Source: an uncultured Chitinophagaceae bacterium
GTDB taxonomy: Bacteria > Bacteroidota > Bacteroidia > Chitinophagales > LD1
Length of the DNA: 64,000 nucleotides
Direction: 5' to 3'
NCBI GenBank assembly: GCA_964537475.1
Contig: CAZIBY010000006.1
Coordinates: 154,641-218,640, forward strand
Part shown: positions 1-8,409 of the stretch, piece by piece
Layout: each line of letters opens with the position of its first letter
How positions within the stretch are numbered: position 1 is the stretch's first letter
The notes under the pieces: model-generated
Seen by the model: the letters and a program-made list of their open reading frames with translations, nothing else
Told to the model about the DNA's origin: nothing
Database searches by the model: none
Program-made: the position numbers and the translations under genes

Positions 1-618
1 AGCAATCAGGGAGAAATATGCCTCTGTGGCTCGCGTATTTTTATTGAGAGGAGCATTTATGAGAAATTCAAAAGCGCATTTGTAGAGAAAGTGAAGGCGC
101 TGCGTGTAGGTGATCCCGATGAGGACACATCCAATCTTGGCGCTATCGTCTCCCTACCACACAAGGAGAAAATACTCTCGTACATAAATTTGGCTAAAGA
201 AGAAGGAGGCGCCATCCTCACAGGAGGTAATGAAGTAAAGCTAACTAGCAGATGTGCAGGAGGCTATTTTATAGCGCCGACCGTCATAGAGGGGCTAGAC
301 CATATGTGCCGGACCAATCAGGAAGAAATATTCGGCCCGGTAGTTACGCTGATGCCTTTTGACACGGAGGAAGAAGTGCTCACTATGGCCAACTCCGTGA
401 AATACGGCCTGGCTTCATCCATCTGGACCACTGACCTCAAGCGCGCGCACCGTGTAGCAGAAAAAATAGAGGCCGGCATCGTCTGGATCAATTGCTGGCT
501 ACTACGTGACCTGCGCACTCCTTTTGGTGGTGTCAAAGCCTCTGGTGTGGGCCGCGAGGGTGGCTGGGAAGCCATGCGGTTTTTCACTGAAGCCAAGAAT
601 GTCTGCGTTAAATATTAA
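1..618 (+). CDS. Aldehyde dehydrogenase, C-terminal ~205 codons (5' end off-window); resembles 2-hydroxymuconate/2-aminomuconate semialdehyde dehydrogenases
   Basis: Frame 1 is open from nt 1 (SNQGEICLCGSRIFIERSIYEKF, the ALDH catalytic-Cys region) and runs into the listed 91..618 ORF (EEIFGPV, GLASSIWT, NCWLLRDLRTPFGGVKASGVGREGG). I associate the LRDLRTPFGG tail with the XylG/DmpC/ALDH8A1 subgroup. Confidence 0.85.
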   Translation, partial: SNQGEICLCGSRIFIERSIYEKFKSAFVEKVKALRVGDPDEDTSNLGAIVSLPHKEKILSYINLAKEEGGAILTGGNEVKLTSRCAGGYFIAPTVIEGLDHMCRTNQEEIFGPVVTLMPFDTEEEVLTMANSVKYGLASSIWTTDLKRAHRVAEKIEAGIVWINCWLLRDLRTPFGGVKASGVGREGGWEAMRFFTEAKNVCVKY

Positions 619-726
619 GGGTATTAAGTAGTTAGTATTAAGTATTTAGAAAATGCAAGAACTGGCTACAGCTTACTAATTTCGTGTTGTCTGAATACTA
701 ACTACTAAATACTAGCTACTTGTATT

Positions 727-1122
727 ATGAGCAATCTCCCAAAACCAATGGGTCTCTACCCAATGACCCGCAAAGCCGGCGGCCTCATCTTCGTAAGTGG
801 CATGGGCCCACGCGAGGCTGGCAGTGATAATATCCCCGGACTGGAGCTGGATAAGTATGGCAATTACAAGAGCTTTGACTTTGAGGCGCAGGTCCATTCT
901 GTTTTCCGGAACGTGAAGACTGCGCTGGAGGAAGCAGGCAGCTCCTGGGAAAAGATCGTGGACGTCACAGTCTTCCTCACCAATATGAAGCGCGACTTTA
1001 CTACCTACAATCGCATCTACGCAGAATATTTTAAAGAGAATCAGCCCTGCCGGACTACGGTAGAGATCACGTCGCTGCCGTCACCGATAGCGATTGAGTT
1101 AAAAGTGATAGCGGAGGCTTAG
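727..1122 (+). CDS. RidA/YjgF/endoribonuclease L-PSP family protein (enamine/imine deaminase fold)
   Basis: 131 aa. GGLIFVSGMGP near the N-terminus and CRTTVEITSLPSPIAIELKVIAEA at the C-terminus are typical of the RidA family in size and layout. Confidence 0.85.
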   Translation: MSNLPKPMGLYPMTRKAGGLIFVSGMGPREAGSDNIPGLELDKYGNYKSFDFEAQVHSVFRNVKTALEEAGSSWEKIVDVTVFLTNMKRDFTTYNRIYAEYFKENQPCRTTVEITSLPSPIAIELKVIAEA

Positions 1123-1123
1123 T

Positions 1124-1762
1124 ATGAAGTGCTTATACATATCTGTGGCTTCATTGATTTTGATTTTTTTGCAAGGATGTAACAATACTCCGGAACAGAA
1201 AGTTCAAGCGATTACTGTACCTAAAGTGATTTCGGATACATTCCAACAACAAAAAATTTCCAATATAGATTATTTCGATAGTACCGTAGCGAAAATACAT
1301 CCCAAGGCACGCAGATTATTAAGAGAAGATTTCTACTGGAGTACTACAGATGAATTTTCTTTATTCGGTAACGACGATGGGCGCGACGCCTTTTGGAATT
1401 TCAAGAATTGGCGTAAAAATCATAAGACCGATAGTACAATAAATTCATTTTACGAAACACTCGATAGATGGGGCTATAGACCTATTGACCCTTACACAAT
1501 CAATCCTGCAGTTATAGATAAATACATATCTCAAGAGGCTATCGGTAATCTTGAACTAATGGGGATAGATCAGGCTATTGTTGCTACAGGTTTTGGTCAA
1601 TTTGTAATTGAAGGCAAGATTGATCAAAGCATGAAAACCCTAACGAGGATATCAATTCAAAGACAGATGTTACCAATACTATTAGATAGATGGGGTGATG
1701 ACTATAAGAAAGAGAGAGGTAAATATCTCCAACAGCTGTTAACTGCTACAGACAGCATGTAA
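1124..1762 (+). CDS. Hypothetical lipoprotein (family not recognised)
   Basis: 212-aa ORF with signal peptide plus lipobox (LILIFLQGC). The start lies 1 nt after the RidA stop. It is visibly AT-richer than its neighbours (21 G+C in the 60 nt at 1141-1200, against 39 of 60 at 2161-2220 in priA). Confidence 0.55.
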   Translation: MKCLYISVASLILIFLQGCNNTPEQKVQAITVPKVISDTFQQQKISNIDYFDSTVAKIHPKARRLLREDFYWSTTDEFSLFGNDDGRDAFWNFKNWRKNHKTDSTINSFYETLDRWGYRPIDPYTINPAVIDKYISQEAIGNLELMGIDQAIVATGFGQFVIEGKIDQSMKTLTRISIQRQMLPILLDRWGDDYKKERGKYLQQLLTATDSM

Positions 1763-1767
1763 TTTAC

Positions 1768-4218
1768 TCACGGATCCACATCCACACTGATCCAAACACT
1801 CTTTAGCTCCTGATCTGCCCGCAGCATATCGAGGCAATCTTTGATGGCTAGTTTAAATGTTTGAAGGTCGTTGGTGCGATGATCCGTTTTGATGATGATA
1901 TCGCGCAGGTAGTAGTTGCGCACTTTTGAGATCAGCGGTGTGGTGGGTCCGAGGGTTTCACCTATTTGCTTTTTGCGGAGATTATTAGCCAGGAAGAGCG
2001 CTGCTTTCTCTACCATCGGTAGCTCCCTATGCCGTAGCGTAATATGCACCATCCGAGAGTACGGCGGATAGTGAAACTGCTGCCGCTCCTGCATCTCAGC
2101 CCGGTAGAAAGAAGCGAAGTCATGCTCCACTACCTGCTTGATGATCCGGTGTTGCGGATTGCTGGTCTGGATGATCACTTTGCCCTGCTTCTGCTTGCGC
2201 CCTGCGCGGCCACCCACCTGCATCATCACCTGAAAGGCTCGTTCATTGCTCCGGAATCCGGGGAAGTACAACGCATGATCAGCATTCACGATGCCCACCA
2301 GGCTCACATGTTCAAAATCGAGTCCTTTGGTCACCATCTGTGTGCCCACCAGTATATCTACCTCACGATTTTCAAATGATGCTATCACGGTGCTGTGACC
2401 ATGCTTGCCACGCGTAGTATCCAGATCGAGACGGCCTACTTTTGCCTCTGGAAATAGCTCTGCTATCTCCTCCTCTATACGCTCGGTGCCCATGCCTACT
2501 ATATCGAGGTCTATAGTGCCGCAGCTTTTGCAGGCGCGGCCTACCGGCTCAGTATAGCCGCAGTAGTGGCATACCAGTTTATTTTGAAACTTGTGGTAGG
2601 TCAGGCTCACATCACAGTTGCGGCATTTATATACAAAGCCGCAAGTGCGGCAGGTCTGGTACTGTGAGAAGCCGCGCCGATTGATAAACAAGATCGCCTG
2701 CTCCTTATTGGCCAGCACCTCCTGTATGGCCACAGTGAGTGTTTGCGTAAAAGAGTGGTGCATGGCCATCTTCCTGCGCTCGCGCTTGATGTCTTCCACC
2801 ACTATCTGCGGCAGCGATACATCTCCGTATCGCTTGGTCATTTCTACCAGGCCGTACTTGCCGCGCTCCGCATTCTGATAGCTCTCCAGAGATGGCGTGG
2901 CGGAGCCCAGGATCACCTTGGCATCAAAGTAGCGCGCCAGCACTATAGAGATGTCCCGCGCATTGTAACGAGGATTCGGGTCCATTTGCTTGAAGGAGTT
3001 GTCATGCTCCTCATCCACTATCACCAGGCCGAGATCGCGGAATGGGAGGAACAATCCTGATCGCGCAGACACGACCAGCTTATATTCTCCATTCAGCACC
3101 TTATTCCATATCTCTACCCGCTCATTCTGGTTAAACTTAGAGTGATAGATGCCGATCTGGTTGCCAAAATATTTGCGGAGCCTGTTGATGATCTGCGCGG
3201 TCAGCGCGATTTCCGGTAGCATATACAATACTTGTTTACCCTCACGGATGGCCTCCGCCATTTTCTCGATATAGACTTGCGTTTTACCGCTGGAGGTGAC
3301 ACCATGCAGCAGTACAGTATTTTTATCCTGAAAGTGCCCGTCTATTTCGTTAATCGCCCGCTGCTGATCTTCACTCAGACTTGCGGTAGTGATGTCATCG
3401 TCGTGAAAAGTCCCCAGACGGGATACCTCCACTTTATATTCCTGAAAGATCTTTTTATCCACCAGACGCTTCAGAGTAGCAGCATCACTCTGGCTCAGGG
3501 CGAGCAGCTCATTTTTTTTGACGTATCGGTTCTTCAGGCTTAGTTGATTGAAAGCAAGCAGTAGTTGCAATTGCTTTGGTGCGCGCTCCAGGTCGCCATA
3601 GAGTTGTTTGAGGTTTTCCTCGTCCTGATATTGCTCAGTCAGCTTGACATAGGTCTCCGTCTTCGGTTTAAATTTTTCTACTACCTCCTCGGCCGAGTGC
3701 GCTATGCCCAGATTAAAAAGTGTACGCAGGTATGGATAGACATTCCTTCGCTGAAGCATATCCTGTATCTGCGGCACAGTCGTCTCCCGCAGCTCCCGCA
3801 GTGCCTGTACGATCAGAAATTCTTCATTATTCAGGCTCTCATAGTCGCCCTCATAAAATTCATTGAGGATGATCTTGGTCTCGCTGGATAGCTTCAGTCC
3901 GGCGGGTAGCGCAGCCTGCATCACCTCACCCTCAGTACAGAGGTAGTAGTCTGACATCCACTTCCAGAGGCGGAGTTGATTTTCTGTCACGATAGGATGC
4001 TCATCCGCCAGAGACTCCAGCAGCTTCGGCTCAAAGACCGGCTTTTCGTTGTGTATCCGCTTTACGATAGCGGTGTAGAACTTATTCTTGCCAAACTGTA
4101 CGATGATCCGTTGCCCCACTTTCACGAAAGGCACGAGGTCAAAAGGGATGGCATAGGTATAGTTCTGCGGCAGTGCTAACGGCAGTAATACATCGGCATA
4201 TGTTATGGAGGAAGACAA
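1768..4218 (-). CDS. priA: Primosomal protein N' (replication restart helicase PriA)
   Basis: 816 aa. Walker A GVTSSGKT, DEEH box (VIVDEEHD), Cys-rich zinc region CRTCGFVYKCRNCDVSLTYHKFQNKLVCHYCG, and a typical PriA N-terminus (YADVLLPLALP). The first start-like codon after the upstream in-frame stop is TTG at 4218, so the start is uncertain. Confidence 0.95.
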   Translation of the reverse strand: MSSSITYADVLLPLALPQNYTYAIPFDLVPFVKVGQRIIVQFGKNKFYTAIVKRIHNEKPVFEPKLLESLADEHPIVTENQLRLWKWMSDYYLCTEGEVMQAALPAGLKLSSETKIILNEFYEGDYESLNNEEFLIVQALRELRETTVPQIQDMLQRRNVYPYLRTLFNLGIAHSAEEVVEKFKPKTETYVKLTEQYQDEENLKQLYGDLERAPKQLQLLLAFNQLSLKNRYVKKNELLALSQSDAATLKRLVDKKIFQEYKVEVSRLGTFHDDDITTASLSEDQQRAINEIDGHFQDKNTVLLHGVTSSGKTQVYIEKMAEAIREGKQVLYMLPEIALTAQIINRLRKYFGNQIGIYHSKFNQNERVEIWNKVLNGEYKLVVSARSGLFLPFRDLGLVIVDEEHDNSFKQMDPNPRYNARDISIVLARYFDAKVILGSATPSLESYQNAERGKYGLVEMTKRYGDVSLPQIVVEDIKRERRKMAMHHSFTQTLTVAIQEVLANKEQAILFINRRGFSQYQTCRTCGFVYKCRNCDVSLTYHKFQNKLVCHYCGYTEPVGRACKSCGTIDLDIVGMGTERIEEEIAELFPEAKVGRLDLDTTRGKHGHSTVIASFENREVDILVGTQMVTKGLDFEHVSLVGIVNADHALYFPGFRSNERAFQVMMQVGGRAGRKQKQGKVIIQTSNPQHRIIKQVVEHDFASFYRAEMQERQQFHYPPYSRMVHITLRHRELPMVEKAALFLANNLRKKQIGETLGPTTPLISKVRNYYLRDIIIKTDHRTNDLQTFKLAIKDCLDMLRADQELKSVWISVDVDP

Positions 4219-4262
4219 AGAATAATGCTACACGGATTAAACGAAAAGCAACCTAAGAAATC

Positions 4263-4439
4263 TTACTTAGCCGCGTTAATTTGCGTAAGAAGCTCTTTGG
4301 CTGGTATATGTTTTACCTTGCCGTTATCACTTACGATCATTACCTCGTTCTTAGCAGCACAGGCCTCTATCAGCTTTTTATTAGAAAGTCTAAATCCCTC
4401 CTGTATCAGGTTTTTTAATCGTATGCTTTCAGCGCTCAT
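4263..4439 (-). CDS. Unlisted 58-aa ORF overlapping the 3' end of the zeta-like kinase gene (candidate cognate partner/antitoxin; function unknown)
   Basis: My own translation of the minus strand: ATG at 4439-4437, MSAESIRLKNLIQEGFRLSNKKLIEACAAKNEVMIVSDNGKVKHIPAKELLTQINAAK, TAA at 4265-4263. It starts 11 nt before the stop of the 4429..5010 ORF. It is shorter than the smallest ORF listed in the track, which probably explains its absence there. No family recognised. Confidence 0.3.
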   Translation of the reverse strand: MSAESIRLKNLIQEGFRLSNKKLIEACAAKNEVMIVSDNGKVKHIPAKELLTQINAAK

Positions 4440-5010
4440 TGTTCGCTTGCTTCATTATTGTATCCCAAATATCGTGATTTTCTACCACGATTTCAATATA
4501 ACCATTCCCTGTAGCTATGATGTTTACCTCAGGCAAGGCGCTTTCTCCGATCATCCAGTAGTCACAGATAGGCATGAATAGCTTAACCAGATTCTCAATG
4601 CCCCTGTAATACCTTCTCTCCACTACATCGTCAGTTATAAAGTGGCCGCCATTTTTAACCCTTATTGCTACACGCTCTTTAGCCGCCTGCGGCGAACTGA
4701 GCCAGATGAACACCAAAGTCACTTTGAATCCCAGAGATTGCGCCTTGCGTACCAGAGATACGTAGCTCCGTGTAGACAGCGTTGTCTCAAACGAAAAATC
4801 TTTACCCTCCGCTAAGAGTTGATTAATGCGCGTCAGCATGATTCTGCCGGCTTCTATGGCAGCACCGTCAGGATTAAAAGGAGATATGCCTGCCGCAATA
4901 TTATCCGCATTCACAAACTCGCGGCAATGGAGTATCTCAGGTAATATCGTGTTACTCGCGGTTGTTTTCCCCGCACCATTGCAGCCGGCTATGATGTATA
5001 GGTTCGGCAT
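4429..5010 (-). CDS. Zeta-toxin-like / COG4185-type P-loop kinase (AAA-family ATPase)
   Basis: 193 aa. N-terminal Walker A LYIIAGCNGAGKTT, then FVNADNIA, FSFETTLS and RVKNGGHFI blocks, which I recall from the zeta toxin (PF06414-like) family of ~190-aa bacterial proteins. Confidence 0.7.
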   Translation of the reverse strand: MPNLYIIAGCNGAGKTTASNTILPEILHCREFVNADNIAAGISPFNPDGAAIEAGRIMLTRINQLLAEGKDFSFETTLSTRSYVSLVRKAQSLGFKVTLVFIWLSSPQAAKERVAIRVKNGGHFITDDVVERRYYRGIENLVKLFMPICDYWMIGESALPEVNIIATGNGYIEIVVENHDIWDTIMKQANNER

Positions 5011-5015
5011 ACTGA

Positions 5016-6284
5016 TCAGTACAGCGGAAACTGTTTCATGTACTCATTTACCTCGGCTTTCACTTTGGCAATGTTGCTTTCATTCTCGATATCTGCCACC
5101 AGGCGGTCTATCCAGGTCGCTATCTGGGCCATGTCATTTTCCTTCATACCACGGGTAGTGATGGCCGGCGTACCGAGGCGGATACCAGAGGTGACAAACG
5201 GCGACTTATCATCATAAGGCACCATATTCTTATTGGCGGTGATGTCAGCTTTCACCAGCGCGTTCTCGGCTTGCTTGCCGGATATGTTCTTATTGCGCAG
5301 GTCTATCAGCATCATGTGGTTGTCCGTACCACCAGAGATGATCTTGTAGTCCTTTGCCAGCATGGCATCAGCCAGCGCTTTGGCATTCTTTTGCACCTGC
5401 ACCTGATACTGTTTAAACTCATCCGTCAGCGCCTCGCCAAAAGCTACCGCCTTTGCAGCGATCACATGCTCCAGTGGGCCACCCTGCGTACCAGGGAATA
5501 CAGCCGCATCCAGGACCGCAGATAGCGATTTCAGCTCACCTTTAGGTGTCTTCTCGCCAAAAGGGTTATCGCCGTCCTTGCCTATCATGATCAGGCCACC
5601 GCGTGGTCCGCGCAGGGTTTTGTGCGTAGTGGTAGTGATGATGTGGCAATGCGGCATTGGGTCGTTCAGTAGCTTAGCAGCTATGAGGCCGGCGGGGTGT
5701 GCGATGTCTGCCAGCAGGATTGCGCCTACTTCATCCGCTATAGCGCGGAAGGTCGCATAATCCCAGTCACGGCTGTAGGCAGAGGCACCACAGATGATCA
5801 GCTTGGGGCGCTCCTTTTGAGCTATTTCACGCACTTTATTCATATCTACCCGGCCAGTGTCCGGCTCTACGTTATAGTGAGTAGCTTGATAGATCTTACC
5901 GGAGAGGTTGACCGGGGAGCCGTGGCTCAGGTGGCCTCCGTGAGAGAGGTTAAACCCAAGTAGCTTGTCACCCGGCTTCAGGCAGGCCAGCATTACAGCC
6001 GCATTAGCCTGTGCGCCTGAGTGCGGCTGCACATTAGCCCACACCGCGCCAAAGAGCTGCTTGATGCGCTCGATAGCCAGCGTCTCCACCTGGTCTACCA
6101 CCTCGCAGCCGCCATAGTAGCGCTTGCCGGGCAGGCCCTCTGCATATTTATTGGTCAGGCAGCTACCCATGGCCTCTATGACCTGCGCCGAGGTGAAGTT
6201 CTCAGAGGCGATCAGCTCGATGCCCTCGCGCTGGCGGTGGAGTTCCTTATTGATCAGGTCAAAGATGGCGGTATCACGCTGCAT
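5016..6284 (-). CDS. glyA: Serine hydroxymethyltransferase
   Basis: SHMT PLP-lysine motif [14 protein letters not shown] and N-terminus [31 protein letters not shown] place the start at the ATG at 6284. The track's 40 extra N-terminal codons are not SHMT-like. Confidence 0.95.
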   Translation of the reverse strand: MQRDTAIFDLINKELHRQREGIELIASENFTSAQVIEAMGSCLTNKYAEGLPGKRYYGGCEVVDQVETLAIERIKQLFGAVWANVQPHSGAQANAAVMLACLKPGDKLLGFNLSHGGHLSHGSPVNLSGKIYQATHYNVEPDTGRVDMNKVREIAQKERPKLIICGASAYSRDWDYATFRAIADEVGAILLADIAHPAGLIAAKLLNDPMPHCHIITTTTHKTLRGPRGGLIMIGKDGDNPFGEKTPKGELKSLSAVLDAAVFPGTQGGPLEHVIAAKAVAFGEALTDEFKQYQVQVQKNAKALADAMLAKDYKIISGGTDNHMMLIDLRNKNISGKQAENALVKADITANKNMVPYDDKSPFVTSGIRLGTPAITTRGMKENDMAQIATWIDRLVADIENESNIAKVKAEVNEYMKQFPLY

Positions 6285-6305
6285 GTTATATCGTTTTTGT
6301 GTGCC

Positions 6306-6313
6306 CAAATGTA
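6306..6313 (-). promoter_or_regulatory. Candidate Bacteroidota -7 promoter box (TAcaTTTG) for glyA
   Basis: The minus strand reads TACATTTG, matching the TAnnTTTG -7 consensus described for Bacteroidetes sigma-A promoters. It lies 21 nt upstream of the glyA ATG. I saw no well-spaced -33 TTTG. Confidence 0.3.
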
Positions 6314-6421
6314 TATCAAACGATGGCAGGTTTCCAAGAATATTTTTACAACAACTCGTAATGAGAAGATAACACGCCGCTTCGCGATAAAATCGTAAAT
6401 TCATGCCCCAAACGCAGCAGT

Positions 6422-7432
6422 ATGCAAGCTATCATCCCGGTGGCGGGAGCAGGAACAAGACTCAGGCCTCTCACATATACACAGCCCAAGGCGCTCATCT
6501 CAGTAGCCGGCAAACCTATCCTCGGCTACATCATAGAGAACCTCCTCGAAAACGGTGTCACTGATTTCGTCTTTGTGATCGGCTACCTCGGAGAGAAGAT
6601 CCGCGAATACGTCGAGGCAAACTATCCTAATGTCAATGCCACTTTCGTCACGCAAGAAGAGCGCAGCGGCCTCGGCCACGCTATCTACACCGCCAAAGAA
6701 TATGTAGATCAGGACAAGCCGCTTATCATTCAGCTGGGCGATACGATCCTCGATGCAGATATCAAGACCATCCTTTCTTTTGAATATTCTACCCTTTGTA
6801 TCAAGAAGGTAGAAGACCCGCGCGCCTTCGGCGTAGCAGAGCTGGATAATGATGGCTTTATCAAAAATCTGATAGAGAAGCCTAATATCCCCAAATCAAA
6901 TATGGCCCTCGTAGGTTTTTATTTTATACGTGATACCAAAGCGCTTTTCAAAGCGCTGGATAGCATTGTCGAGAATAACGAACGCACTAATAATGAGTTT
7001 TACCTCACCAATGCGCTACAGCATATGATCGCTGATGGTGTCAAGTTCAAAAGCTATAAAGTAGAGCACTGGTTTGACGTGGGCAAAAAAGATATTCTGC
7101 TCGAAACAAATGGCCTGCTGCTACGCAAAAATGGCGACCAGAGCTGCGATGAGTGTATCAAGGACAATAGCATCTTTATCTCCCCATATCATATCTCAAA
7201 GGGGGCCAAGATCCGCAACTCTATCATCGGCCCATATGTCACGATAGGGGAGAACTCCGAGGTCAGCAACTCCATGATCAAAAACTCAGTGATAGGTAGT
7301 TTCTCTAAACTGGACAGCGTCACGCTGCAAAACTCTCTCATAGGAAGCGATACCACTATACATGGCAATACGCAAAGCCTCAATATTGGCGACAACACAG
7401 AGATAGACCTGCGCGGAGAGGGTAGCAAATAA
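6422..7432 (+). CDS. Sugar-phosphate nucleotidyltransferase with C-terminal left-handed beta-helix (glucose-1-phosphate thymidylyl/uridylyltransferase-like)
   Basis: N-terminal [23 protein letters not shown] (GxGTRxxPxT...K signature). The C-terminal third has hexapeptide-like repeats ([25 protein letters not shown]...). Confidence 0.8.
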   Translation: MQAIIPVAGAGTRLRPLTYTQPKALISVAGKPILGYIIENLLENGVTDFVFVIGYLGEKIREYVEANYPNVNATFVTQEERSGLGHAIYTAKEYVDQDKPLIIQLGDTILDADIKTILSFEYSTLCIKKVEDPRAFGVAELDNDGFIKNLIEKPNIPKSNMALVGFYFIRDTKALFKALDSIVENNERTNNEFYLTNALQHMIADGVKFKSYKVEHWFDVGKKDILLETNGLLLRKNGDQSCDECIKDNSIFISPYHISKGAKIRNSIIGPYVTIGENSEVSNSMIKNSVIGSFSKLDSVTLQNSLIGSDTTIHGNTQSLNIGDNTEIDLRGEGSK

Positions 7433-7437
7433 GAAGC

Positions 7438-8379
7438 ATGCAAAACAGGATCACCAAACTATTCGGCGTACAGTATCCCATCATCCAGGCAGGCATGATC
7501 TGGTGCAGTGGCTGGCGCCTGGCAGCAGCAGTGAGCAATGCTGGCGGCCTCGGTCAGATCGGCTCCGGCTCTATGTATCCTGATGTACTCCGCGAGCATA
7601 TCCAGAAGTGCAAGTCTCATACTGATAAGCCTTTTGCAGTCAATGTGCCATTGCTTTATCCCGATATCGATAAGCATATTCAGATCATTATCGAAGAGAA
7701 AGTGCCAGTAGTATTTACATCCGCTGGCTCACCTAAAGTTTGGACCAAAACGCTGCAGGATAATGGCATCAAAGTAGTACATGTCACAGCTAGTTCAGTA
7801 TTGGCAAAGAAATGCGAGGATGCCGGCGTAGATGCGATAGTAGCAGAGGGTTTTGAAGCCGGCGGCCACAATGGTCGTGAAGAGACAACAACGCTCTGCT
7901 TGATACCATCTGTACGCGAAGCAGTGCAGATACCCGTGATAGCAGCAGGCGGTATAGCCTCCGGCAAAGCTATGTTGGCGGCCATGGCGCTTGGCGCAGA
8001 TGCGGTGCAGATCGGCACTCGTTTCGTTTGCAGCGAGGAGTCATCAGCGCATTCCGCGTTCAAAGACAAAGTAGCCAGCCTTAAAGAAGGGGACACGAAA
8101 CTCTCTATGAAAAAAGTGGTACCAGTACGCCTTATCAAAAATGAATTTTACAAGCTCGTACAGCAGGCAGAAGACAAAGGTGCCGATGCCAGCGACCTCA
8201 TGGAAATACTTGGCCGTGCCCGCGCTAAGAAAGGCATGTTTGAAGGAGATATGACAGAGGGAGAACTCGAGATAGGCCAGATAGCTGCGACCATTCAAAA
8301 GATCATACCTGCCGCCGACATCGTGAATGAAATATGGACAGAGTTTCTCGATACAAAAAATAAGATAGTGGCACTGTAA
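7438..8379 (+). CDS. FMN-dependent nitronate monooxygenase family protein, FabK-like (possible enoyl-ACP reductase II)
   Basis: 313 aa. YPIIQAGMIWCSG...AVSNAGGLGQIG, AEGFEAGGH and IPVIAAGGIASG...GADAVQIGTRF line up block by block with my memory of Streptococcus FabK and the NMO (2-nitropropane dioxygenase) family. Confidence 0.75.
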   Translation: MQNRITKLFGVQYPIIQAGMIWCSGWRLAAAVSNAGGLGQIGSGSMYPDVLREHIQKCKSHTDKPFAVNVPLLYPDIDKHIQIIIEEKVPVVFTSAGSPKVWTKTLQDNGIKVVHVTASSVLAKKCEDAGVDAIVAEGFEAGGHNGREETTTLCLIPSVREAVQIPVIAAGGIASGKAMLAAMALGADAVQIGTRFVCSEESSAHSAFKDKVASLKEGDTKLSMKKVVPVRLIKNEFYKLVQQAEDKGADASDLMEILGRARAKKGMFEGDMTEGELEIGQIAATIQKIIPAADIVNEIWTEFLDTKNKIVAL

Positions 8380-8409
8380 GAATACGTGCCAGACCATTCA
8401 CTCAATACA

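Noticed and set aside
6285-6404. N-terminal extensions in the ORF track: glyA +40 codons, uvrB +72 (51545-51760), hemW +43 (20905-21033), cyclase +39 (41242-41358), gldK +25, adhesin +19, permease +30, TraB/GumN +41, T9SS protein +19
   Set aside because: In each case an internal ATG is immediately followed by the family's conserved N-terminus or a proper signal peptide, and the extension has no homology-like content. I trimmed the coordinates accordingly.
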